Positions 17,390-25,788 of a stretch of 64,000 bases of DNA are shown one piece after another. The notes under the pieces were generated by a model, which saw only the letters and a program-made list of their open reading frames with translations, was not told the origin of the DNA and did not search any database. Positions within the stretch are counted from its first letter, which is position 1. Every line of letters begins with the position of its first letter. The stretch comes from a plasmid, in sequence record NZ_CP013482.1, one strand, 5' to 3'. The position numbers and the translations under genes were made by a program.

Positions 17390-20300
17390 TTACATCTTAA
17401 TCCCTCGTGCTTTCTTAACCCCCTGGTTGTTTTCTTGCTGACGCTCGGCAACCGCGCGCTCAATGACTGGTCGCAACTGACGTCGCACTCCATCGCGGCC
17501 TGCCTCGCTTCGCATAGCGAGATCGTTCCAATCGGTGAATTTCTTCATCCCGTCGATCGCACGCCGCTGCTCCGTCGAAAGATTGGTTTTAACGTCATCC
17601 AGCGTTTTTCCGCTCATAAGGACGTAACCGTCTTCCGCATCCAGCCGACGTTTGTGTTCACGCCATGACTCGGGTGTCACTGGCGGAATCCCTTCGGGGT
17701 ACTTCGCCTCTGCGTCAGGGAAGATCGGGAACAATACGGTCCCGCCTACTTCTTCGGCTGCGGCCAACGCCTTTTCTCTGCCAGGGTTCTTGCCGACTGT
17801 CATCGTCACGTGTCGATCGTCGTCGCCGGCGAATAAAATTGGCGTGTCGGGAAACTTGGCTTTCAGCGCCTTAGCGACGGGTGCGAGGTTGCCAGCGTCA
17901 AACGCTGAGATCGATTGAACACCCAGACCCGCAAGCTCCCTGTCTACGGTGTCCATCGTCGCGTAGCCCTCGCCTATCACGAACGCTTTCGCTTTCGCCA
18001 GGGATGCGTAACCGTTTAGCGCGTGAAAGCAGCCCTCCTTTCTCGAATCCGATACGAACAGCTTCTCGCCCTTCGGATTAATCGACTGCATCGTCCATAC
18101 CTTGCCATCTACGTCGTACGCGGGGACATAGGTTGTCCCGCTGGAGTCTTTCAAGACAAATTCACGCGCAAGCGCGCCTTTTGCTTCCAAGTACGGCGTG
18201 GCCGTCGTTATCGGTGTCAGCTTGCCAATTCGCTCTGAGACCTTCGACGCTGTCAGCTCGTAAGCCGCTTGGCGCTCGGCCTCAAATTCTTTTCGCCGTT
18301 GTTCGGCCTCTGCCAAGACCGCAGCCAACTCAGCGCCATCAAAGCTATAACCCTTCGCCTTCCATTTGGCCTGCGCTCCGGTACGATTGTTCATCGCGAA
18401 TCCTGCCGGCCGCGTTCCCTCAAGGTGGCCGACATAGAAAATCGAGCGGTCTGCGGATCCAGGCTTATCGTCCGTGGCACGCACCCTGTGCTTCTTCCCA
18501 TCCATCAAAGGGTGGAACCCCTTGATTTTCGGGTCGTACTCGGACAAATCGGCGTCCATGCTGCGGAGAAAGTCCGAAAACTCCTCCCGAGGATCCTTCG
18601 CCGGCCCCTGCTCAAGCGGCACATTTTCTGGCTTCCACCGCGCGAGCTTCGATACGTCAGCCCCAGAGCCGACGTACCAGGAACCGGCCCGCTTATCCCA
18701 CTTCGCGCCGGCCGCACGAGCCTCCTCGCGGTCGTCATACGGCACAGCCAGGTAGACGCGATGGTTTTGGTCTGGCGTGCGAGAAGGCTGTTGCGATGGT
18801 TGCTGCGCGGCACCTTCGGCTGCTCCTGCGGCTGGAATCCACTTGGAAAACGCATTAGCGTCAACGCCAGGGGGCACGTACCACGATGACGCGCCTCTGT
18901 CCCACTTGGCTCCCAGCGCCTTCGCTTCGTTCTTCTGTTTGTACGGTACGTCCAGGTACGTCAACCCTTCGCGTTGGGGAGTAGCGTCGGGCGTAGGTAC
19001 GTCGCCATCACTCAGGCTCGCTATGGCCTGTGCCTCCTGTGCTTCACGCACGAAACCCGGAATCTTGCCCACACGGTCGGCCAGCATCTGCGCTTCGTCC
19101 TGAGATGCCACATCCGCGATCCAGGTGTGCGTGCCGTCAGAGTCCTGGGCATAGACGCCCCAAAATTCCGGCGCGTCACCCTCGCCAGCCGCCCTTACGA
19201 AGCGCTCACCATCGTCTTCAACTTCGACGCAGCCTTGCACCTGCAATCGGCCGGTCCAACCCGCCGGCAACGCTACACCAATGCTGTCCTTGGAGACGGT
19301 CTCAAAATCGGCGTCTGCAAGCTGGCCGGCGTCGAACTGCTGATACGCTCCAGCAACTTTGCGCAGCGCATCCTCGCTGATGTTCACATCGCCATCAAAC
19401 GCCTTCACGATCTCCTCCTTGTCAGGGTCAATGCCCATCATCTGCACGCCTTGTTTCGGCGACACTTCTTCAACCGGCTCCTGCCCTGACGTCAAATCTT
19501 GAGCGATCTCTTGCTTCTGCTCCAACCCCAGGATGTATTCCTGGATTTTCTCGGCATCGGCTGCTGCGCGGAAAATCTCCATCGAATCGTCTCGCAAGAC
19601 CTTTATCCACGACTTCACATACGCGGCGTGCTGCCCCGGATCGTAGCCGATGCCCAACTCATCGCCCAGGATCATGCTCGCGATTTCGGCGCGCAACTCC
19701 TCTTTGGCGTATCCCTCGCTGCCGAACGGATGCGCGAGATCCCGGCCCAAGCGCGACTCATGCCCCGTCCAGTGCCCCAATTCATGCAATGCGGTCGCGT
19801 AATACCCGGCCGGTTCAGCAAACCGCGACTTATCTGGCATGTGAATGTCGTCACTGGACGGCCTGTAGAACGCGCCATTGCCTCCGTGATGAATCCGGGC
19901 GCCGGATGCTTTCAAGACCCGCTCGGCCCGCTGTAGGGCCGGAGAATCGCCCTCATGATCGCCCCCGAGGCTGGGCACCTTCGTCACGCGGTCCATCTCG
20001 GGCATTCCGTCGATCTGTTCCCCATTGAACACGACCGCTGTGAAAACGCGCGGCCGTTCAAGCTTCACCTGCACCTTGACTGGCTCGCCGGCTTGGTCGC
20101 GAACGATTTCGCCTTTTGCGTCACGTTTGACTTCTTCGTCCGAGAACTTCCAATACTGGATCGGCGTACCGCGCTCCCCGCGACGGACTTGCGCACCGAC
20201 CGACGTAGCCTGCTTGTACGTAAGCCATCGCGTATCGCTTCGCCCTTGAGCCATCAAGAACATCGCGTTGATACCTCGATAGCGCTTTCCGGTTGTTGGG

Positions 20301-20476
20301 TTGTGCGGAAGAAATGTCGACGGCTCGCCCGGCGACCAAGGGCGCTGCCAGGGGGCCACGCCGCGCTCAAGCTGGGCGATCAACGTTTCCGCGACCTGCT
20401 CGTGGAACGGACGTTTCTTCGGTTCAGTCATGGCGGCCCCCTTCGAGTTCGACGAAGCCCGCGCGGCCGGAATCAT
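17390..20476 (-). CDS. traC: TraC-like DNA primase fusing an ArdC-type ssDNA-binding/zincin domain (HELGHWTGH), two DUF5710-like repeats and a Toprim domain
   Basis: N-terminal ArdC-like APWQRPW..YRGINAMFL; HExxH; EGYATMD..FAGDDD Toprim; position next to traD/traE as in RP4. The real start may be MTEPKK (20431). Confidence 0.8.
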   Translation of the reverse strand: MIPAARASSNSKGAAMTEPKKRPFHEQVAETLIAQLERGVAPWQRPWSPGEPSTFLPHNPTTGKRYRGINAMFLMAQGRSDTRWLTYKQATSVGAQVRRGERGTPIQYWKFSDEEVKRDAKGEIVRDQAGEPVKVQVKLERPRVFTAVVFNGEQIDGMPEMDRVTKVPSLGGDHEGDSPALQRAERVLKASGARIHHGGNGAFYRPSSDDIHMPDKSRFAEPAGYYATALHELGHWTGHESRLGRDLAHPFGSEGYAKEELRAEIASMILGDELGIGYDPGQHAAYVKSWIKVLRDDSMEIFRAAADAEKIQEYILGLEQKQEIAQDLTSGQEPVEEVSPKQGVQMMGIDPDKEEIVKAFDGDVNISEDALRKVAGAYQQFDAGQLADADFETVSKDSIGVALPAGWTGRLQVQGCVEVEDDGERFVRAAGEGDAPEFWGVYAQDSDGTHTWIADVASQDEAQMLADRVGKIPGFVREAQEAQAIASLSDGDVPTPDATPQREGLTYLDVPYKQKNEAKALGAKWDRGASSWYVPPGVDANAFSKWIPAAGAAEGAAQQPSQQPSRTPDQNHRVYLAVPYDDREEARAAGAKWDKRAGSWYVGSGADVSKLARWKPENVPLEQGPAKDPREEFSDFLRSMDADLSEYDPKIKGFHPLMDGKKHRVRATDDKPGSADRSIFYVGHLEGTRPAGFAMNNRTGAQAKWKAKGYSFDGAELAAVLAEAEQRRKEFEAERQAAYELTASKVSERIGKLTPITTATPYLEAKGALAREFVLKDSSGTTYVPAYDVDGKVWTMQSINPKGEKLFVSDSRKEGCFHALNGYASLAKAKAFVIGEGYATMDTVDRELAGLGVQSISAFDAGNLAPVAKALKAKFPDTPILFAGDDDRHVTMTVGKNPGREKALAAAEEVGGTVLFPIFPDAEAKYPEGIPPVTPESWREHKRRLDAEDGYVLMSGKTLDDVKTNLSTEQRRAIDGMKKFTDWNDLAMRSEAGRDGVRRQLRPVIERAVAERQQENNQGVKKARGIKM

Positions 20477-20951
20477 AGGCGTCCTCGACCCAAGCGAAGT
20501 GGAATACCTTGGCGTTGGCTACGGTCAGCAGGCGGGCGCGCAATCCCGCGAACGACAACGGCAGCGTTCGGATAACTCCAGACAGGGAGATAGGCGTGAT
20601 CGAGCTGCCCACGGGTAGCTGCGTGGCCGCGTGGCTCAAAGCGATGGCGAACCACGGCACCAGGTCACTGTTCGGTCCAGCAATGCGACGTGCGACGGCA
20701 GCTTCGGTGAGGTGGTCGGGATCCGCCAGCAGCACAACCAGGTCGACGACCGTATCGAGCGCGTCGGAATCCGACAACGCGTCTTCGTGGAACGCCCCCG
20801 CATGCTCCGCTTCAATCGGGTCAAATTCCGCTTGCACGCCGGGTTGATAGGCGTCGGTCAGCTTGTCCGACACGGCGGACGATCTGACCCAGGGGCGAAC
20901 GCTGGCGCCCTCATCCAGAGACGCGAATTGGTCAATTGAGTGCATTGTCAC
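20424..20951 (-). CDS. Hypothetical protein at the traD position
   Basis: ORF between traE and traC, overlapping both. Confidence 0.4.
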   Translation of the reverse strand: MTMHSIDQFASLDEGASVRPWVRSSAVSDKLTDAYQPGVQAEFDPIEAEHAGAFHEDALSDSDALDTVVDLVVLLADPDHLTEAAVARRIAGPNSDLVPWFAIALSHAATQLPVGSSITPISLSGVIRTLPLSFAGLRARLLTVANAKVFHFAWVEDAYDSGRAGFVELEGGRHD

Positions 20952-22981
20952 TTCTCCTTACGCTGTGCCACGTTGTAGTTTGGTCGTCCCTTGACGTCTG
21001 GATATGTCTGGTTACAGGCGGGATAGCCGCTGCATGACCAGAAGAACTTACCGGGCTGTTTGCCAGCACGACGACTAAGCCCCTTCCCACAGACTCCGCA
21101 CTTAAAGGCTGACGACACGGCGGCTGCGGCTGGTGCTCCTGCCACTTTGATCGCCCCGGAATTGGCCGTGATGACGAGGCCGCGCACCAGGTCGGCTTGC
21201 TTGTTGACGAACTCGTCGACGGAGCTATTGCCGCCCTGAATCGACTTCAACATTCGTTCAAACAGGGCTGTCAGGACAGGGCTACGCACAATCTCAGGAA
21301 GGGCATCATGTACGCCGCGCCCCAACGGCGTGCTCACGATAGCCTTGCCCTTCACTTCCAGGTACTTGCGTTCCTTCAATTCGGTAATCGTCGACGCTTG
21401 CGTTGCCGCCGTTCCAATGCCCTCCCCATCGCGCAGTAATTTCTTCTGCTCGGGATCTGCAACGTATTTGTGGATGTTCTCCATCGCCTTACGCAACGTC
21501 CCCTCGTTGAACCGGGGCGGGGCCTTCGTCTTGGAGTCAATCCGCTTCGCGCCTGCGCATGCCACAGCATCACCCTTCTTCACTGCCGGCAGAATCTGTT
21601 CCGCGTCGTCGTCCACATCGCCATACACGACGTACCAACCCGGACGTGTAATTTCACGCCCCTGCGCGACAAATTTCTGCTCGGCCAACTCGACGGTGAT
21701 ATTGGTGGTCTTGTACTCGTGCCGGGGGTAGAACTGCGCAATGTAGGCACGCACGATTAGGTCGTAGATATTGCGCTGCATGTCGGTGAGTCCGGCCATG
21801 CTGCCCTTGTGCATCGTCGGGATGATGCCGTGGTGGACGGGTGCCTTCGCGGTATTCCACGTATCAGACCGAATCGACAAATCTGCGCCATCAATGAGGT
21901 CAGCCATTTCGGGATAAACCATACGAATCGCGGCCATTACCTCCGGGGCGTCTGCAAACTGCGTCTCGGGCAGGTAGCCGCTGTCCGTGCGAGGGTACGT
22001 TGTGAGCGAAAGCCCCGGATCATAAAGTTGCTGGCAGGTGTTCAGCACGTCATCGGCTGAATATCCCCACTTCCCTGCGGCAGCAAGGGTGATGTCCGAA
22101 AGCGAATACGTGAGCGGGTGATTTCGCTTGCCCGGTGTCTGACTGAACTCGGAAACCGTCGACGATTGGCCGGCGACGGCTTTCACCACGGCGTCGGCAA
22201 CGGACGCATCTACTAACCGGCCTTCGGTGTCGGTGCCGACCTGATCGTCGGCCATGATCCACTCTGCGACGAATGCTCCCGACTTGTGTGCGAACGCCGC
22301 TTCGACTTTGAAGTATGGAACGGGCTTAAACGCCTCAATCTCACGATCGCGAGTCACGACAAGCGACAGCGTTGGTGACTGTACGCGCCCCGCCGTCACC
22401 AATGCGCGCGAGCCGCCCCGTTGTGCCGCCAAAGTGTAGGCACGGCTGACGTTCATGCCGATCAACCAGTCGCCCCGCGCTCGCGCCGTCGCCGACTTTC
22501 CGTGCCCAGCGTATTCCGCGTTGTCCTTCAATGCGGCAAGCCCACGCTGAATGCTCACCGTGTCGGTGGCGTTCACCCAGTAGCGGATTACAGGCGCAGC
22601 GCAATCGAAATGCCGCAAGACGTTGTCGACCAGCGCCTGACCTTCGGCATCTGGATCACCTGCATGGACGATCACGTCCGCTTTTCGTACCAGTTGCCCG
22701 ATGGCGGCAAGCTGGTCGGCGTACTCGTCCTTCGGTTTCATCACCCATTGCTGCGGGATGATCGGCAGGTCCTCAACGCGCCAGATTTTCTTTCCAGATG
22801 CGTTACGCGGCGCATCAGCCGCTGTGTACTCGTCTGGCTCGACCAATTCGAGCATGTGGCCGATGCACCAAGTCACCATATCTGCACCGCACTCGATGTA
22901 GCCTCGGCCCTTTCCTGTAACTCCCAATTCGCCCGCGATTGCTTTGGCGACTGACGGCTTCTCAGCGATGAACAATCTCAA
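20948..22981 (-). CDS. traE: Type IA DNA topoisomerase III (TraE-like) with a C-terminal zinc-ribbon region
   Basis: MRLFIAEKPSVAKAIA Toprim start; topoisomerase IA core; C-terminal CxxC clusters. Confidence 0.9.
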   Translation of the reverse strand: MRLFIAEKPSVAKAIAGELGVTGKGRGYIECGADMVTWCIGHMLELVEPDEYTAADAPRNASGKKIWRVEDLPIIPQQWVMKPKDEYADQLAAIGQLVRKADVIVHAGDPDAEGQALVDNVLRHFDCAAPVIRYWVNATDTVSIQRGLAALKDNAEYAGHGKSATARARGDWLIGMNVSRAYTLAAQRGGSRALVTAGRVQSPTLSLVVTRDREIEAFKPVPYFKVEAAFAHKSGAFVAEWIMADDQVGTDTEGRLVDASVADAVVKAVAGQSSTVSEFSQTPGKRNHPLTYSLSDITLAAAGKWGYSADDVLNTCQQLYDPGLSLTTYPRTDSGYLPETQFADAPEVMAAIRMVYPEMADLIDGADLSIRSDTWNTAKAPVHHGIIPTMHKGSMAGLTDMQRNIYDLIVRAYIAQFYPRHEYKTTNITVELAEQKFVAQGREITRPGWYVVYGDVDDDAEQILPAVKKGDAVACAGAKRIDSKTKAPPRFNEGTLRKAMENIHKYVADPEQKKLLRDGEGIGTAATQASTITELKERKYLEVKGKAIVSTPLGRGVHDALPEIVRSPVLTALFERMLKSIQGGNSSVDEFVNKQADLVRGLVITANSGAIKVAGAPAAAAVSSAFKCGVCGKGLSRRAGKQPGKFFWSCSGYPACNQTYPDVKGRPNYNVAQRKEK

Positions 22982-23280
22982 TTCGATTCTCCTTCTCGTG
23001 CGTTTCGACGATGCCCCAGCGAGGGCATCGGTCGCGGAAAGCGATACATGGGACGGCTTTGCGTCGTCTCACCAACTGCTGCGTGGAGTTGCACCAGGAA
23101 CTCGTCCGTGGACCGAATCCAACCCTCGACCCACGGACACCGAACCATTAGATCCGGCGCGTAATCCAGCAGGAACTCCAACAGTTCTCTGTTCTCGTCG
23201 ATTCGTTTGTGGATTCCGCTTTGCTCGCGGTCGACGACGCCGCGAATGCGATGAAGTGTGCGGTTAGGAAACAGGTTCAT
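22978..23280 (-). CDS. Hypothetical protein (100 aa)
   Basis: ORF overlapping traE. Confidence 0.4.
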   Translation of the reverse strand: MNLFPNRTLHRIRGVVDREQSGIHKRIDENRELLEFLLDYAPDLMVRCPWVEGWIRSTDEFLVQLHAAVGETTQSRPMYRFPRPMPSLGHRRNAREGESN

Positions 23281-23289
23281 GTCGTTCGC

Positions 23290-23838
23290 TCACCAAGTTA
23301 GAACCGGCTTGATTACGGCTTCAATTTGGTCTGTCGACAAAGGGCCAAAATAGCGCCCGTCAAACGAAGCCGGGTTAATGTCGGTCATCAACAGAAAGTC
23401 CCGCGCGCCAAGGGTGTAATGCGCGCCGATGAGACTCGGCAGACGACGACCGTGTGCGTCGGCCCCGATGGGAGCGGAATGCGGTAGAAGCGTGCCGTTG
23501 ACGATCACGCCCTGCGGGGCGATTTCAACGGAATCACCTTTAGCGGCTAAAATCCGCTTCATCATCTGACCGAGGCCACCAGGGCAGAAACCGGCGTCGA
23601 TATAGCCCCGCTTGAGTGCAGCGAAAAACAGATCTCGTGCGGGAGGACAGAAGATGACGTAATCCCCTTTCACGGCGCTTTCCGTCGTAACTCGGTAGAC
23701 ACCGACACGGATGCTCTCGGAAGTGTTGACCCGGTATCCCGCCATGTACATGAGGGACACACCAACAAGTCCCAAAGTCGCGCCAATAATTGCCGCACGA
23801 CTCACGCGAGTCATGACACATCGATTAAACCGACTCAT
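23290..23838 (-). CDS. traF: TraF conjugative pilin maturation peptidase (S26 signal-peptidase-like)
   Basis: N-terminal TM; size about 180 aa; position between traG and traE as in RP4. Confidence 0.75.
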   Translation of the reverse strand: MSRFNRCVMTRVSRAAIIGATLGLVGVSLMYMAGYRVNTSESIRVGVYRVTTESAVKGDYVIFCPPARDLFFAALKRGYIDAGFCPGGLGQMMKRILAAKGDSVEIAPQGVIVNGTLLPHSAPIGADAHGRRLPSLIGAHYTLGARDFLLMTDINPASFDGRYFGPLSTDQIEAVIKPVLTW

Positions 23839-25766
23839 AGTCTGATCCCCTCGGCCTCAGCCAACTTTGCAGCGGGCCGGATGCGATCCGTGTCCTTCGG
23901 CTCGGGGATTGCTGCGCGCCTCGAAAAAATCGGGTCGTCGAAGAAGAGTCCTTGACGACCATAGAGCGCGGGGAAGCCGGCCACATAGATGACCATATCG
24001 CCCGCCTCCTCGATGCGACCATCCGGCGACTTCTTTGGGCCTGGCATACGCAAGCACTCATCTGGCGTGAGCAATGGTCGGGCGACCTCCTGGACGGTGC
24101 GCGAGACCTGGCCGTGCATGCTGCCGAAGCGCTTTCCGCTCGTTGTCACCTGCTCCTTAAGGACCGTCGTTGTGCCCGTCAGCTTCGACAAGTGTTCGGC
24201 TGTCTCGATGCGATTCGGGGGGTAGGCGTTCTGAATATGGCAGTTCGACGTGATGGTTTCGTCCGGACCATATCCTTCCTCTCTGCTCTTGAGCTGGTTA
24301 ATGTCCTGGCAGATGAGATAGAACTTGATGCCGTATCCAGCAAGGAAGGCTAGGGACTGCTGAATAATGTCCAGCTTACCCAGGCTCGGGAACTCGTCGA
24401 GCATGCCAAGGAGGCGATGCTTGTACTTCTTTTTGGCCTGTACATAGGTGGTCTCGGAGTCGCGCAGGCCGAGCTTTGCGAGGAACCGCGTCCACGGATC
24501 CATTTCCTTCTGCAAACGCTCAAACTCCATCTTGTCGGCCAGCACCCGGACGATCATGTTCAACAGGACGCGGACGAGTGGTCGCAGACGATCCTTGTCG
24601 GTGGGCTGCGTGACGATGTAGAGACTGACAGGAAACTCATGGCACATGAGATCCTTGATGCGGAAATCCGACCGGCTGACGTTGCGCTCCACCACCGGAT
24701 CCCGATACAACGAGAGATACGATTTCGCGGTCGAAAGGACCGATCCCCCTTCCTCCTCCGGTCGGTCAAGCATGTCCTGCGCGGCGGAACCGATGACTGG
24801 ATGGTTCTTACCGTTGACGTGCCCGTACTGAGTCATTTCCATCCACAACTCAGCCACGGGTCGATTCGGGTCGGCCAGCATCTTGTCACAGTAGGGCAGC
24901 GTCGCCGGCGTCCCCTCAATCTGCGCCTTGTACAACGCATGCAAGATCACCCCGACAAGCAGCGCTTGAGCCGTCTTTTGCCAGTGGGTGTTTAACCCTT
25001 TGCCGTCCGGATCCACAATCAGCGTCGCCAAGTTCTGCACGTCACCGACTTCGTATTCCGTCCCCATTCGGATTTCGTCCAGCGGGTTCCATGCGACGCT
25101 GCCGTACACCGCGGCCGGCTCGAATTTAAGGGTGATGTTCTTCGCGTACTCGCGCCGCCATCCGGCCGTCATGGCCCACAGCTCCCCTTTCAAGTCCGTC
25201 ACGACAGTGCTGTGCTTCCACGACAAGAGCGTGGGGACAACCAGGCCAACACCCTTGCCCGAACGGGTGGGTGCGTAACACAGGACATGCTCCGGGCCGT
25301 TGTGCCGAAGCCAATGCGTGTTACCCGCTTTGTCGATCCACTGACCGACGTATACGCCAGAGTCCCCCAACAACCCCATGCGCTTCACGTCTTTCTTGTT
25401 GGCCCAACGCGCCGATCCGTGCAAATACTCATTGGGGCGGCTGGAGTTAGCGATGGCATTCGCCGCCGCCGCCGTCACAAGCAAGCCGCCACCAGCCGCC
25501 AGAACGCCAACAGACCCGGCCGTGTGAAACTGCTCGGGGAACAGCTCTGCCCACTTCGAGTACCAACTTAGGATCGACCACGGGGCATACATATGTCCGT
25601 AGTTCACGCCAAGCGTGGGGTGATACTCGAAGCCGTGCGCGAAATATTGGGTTGCGGCTTGCATGCCAGCGGCGAAAGACGTCAGCGCCATTACCGGCAC
25701 TGCCTTTCCCTTACGCCGCTTTTGCCGCACTTGAGGGCCAACGGGGTTATTGAGGGTCTGTCTCAC
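23835..25766 (-). CDS. traG: Type IV coupling protein TraG/VirD4
   Basis: N-terminal TM; Walker A APTRSGKGVG; 643 aa. Confidence 0.9.
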   Translation of the reverse strand: MRQTLNNPVGPQVRQKRRKGKAVPVMALTSFAAGMQAATQYFAHGFEYHPTLGVNYGHMYAPWSILSWYSKWAELFPEQFHTAGSVGVLAAGGGLLVTAAAANAIANSSRPNEYLHGSARWANKKDVKRMGLLGDSGVYVGQWIDKAGNTHWLRHNGPEHVLCYAPTRSGKGVGLVVPTLLSWKHSTVVTDLKGELWAMTAGWRREYAKNITLKFEPAAVYGSVAWNPLDEIRMGTEYEVGDVQNLATLIVDPDGKGLNTHWQKTAQALLVGVILHALYKAQIEGTPATLPYCDKMLADPNRPVAELWMEMTQYGHVNGKNHPVIGSAAQDMLDRPEEEGGSVLSTAKSYLSLYRDPVVERNVSRSDFRIKDLMCHEFPVSLYIVTQPTDKDRLRPLVRVLLNMIVRVLADKMEFERLQKEMDPWTRFLAKLGLRDSETTYVQAKKKYKHRLLGMLDEFPSLGKLDIIQQSLAFLAGYGIKFYLICQDINQLKSREEGYGPDETITSNCHIQNAYPPNRIETAEHLSKLTGTTTVLKEQVTTSGKRFGSMHGQVSRTVQEVARPLLTPDECLRMPGPKKSPDGRIEEAGDMVIYVAGFPALYGRQGLFFDDPIFSRRAAIPEPKDTDRIRPAAKLAEAEGIRL

Positions 25767-25788
25767 ACAAGCCCCCGCATCGTGTCAC

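Noticed and set aside
18133-19489. Multiple + strand ORFs (130-206 aa) inside traC
   Set aside because: Antisense to traC; no conserved motifs; overlapping each other in different frames.
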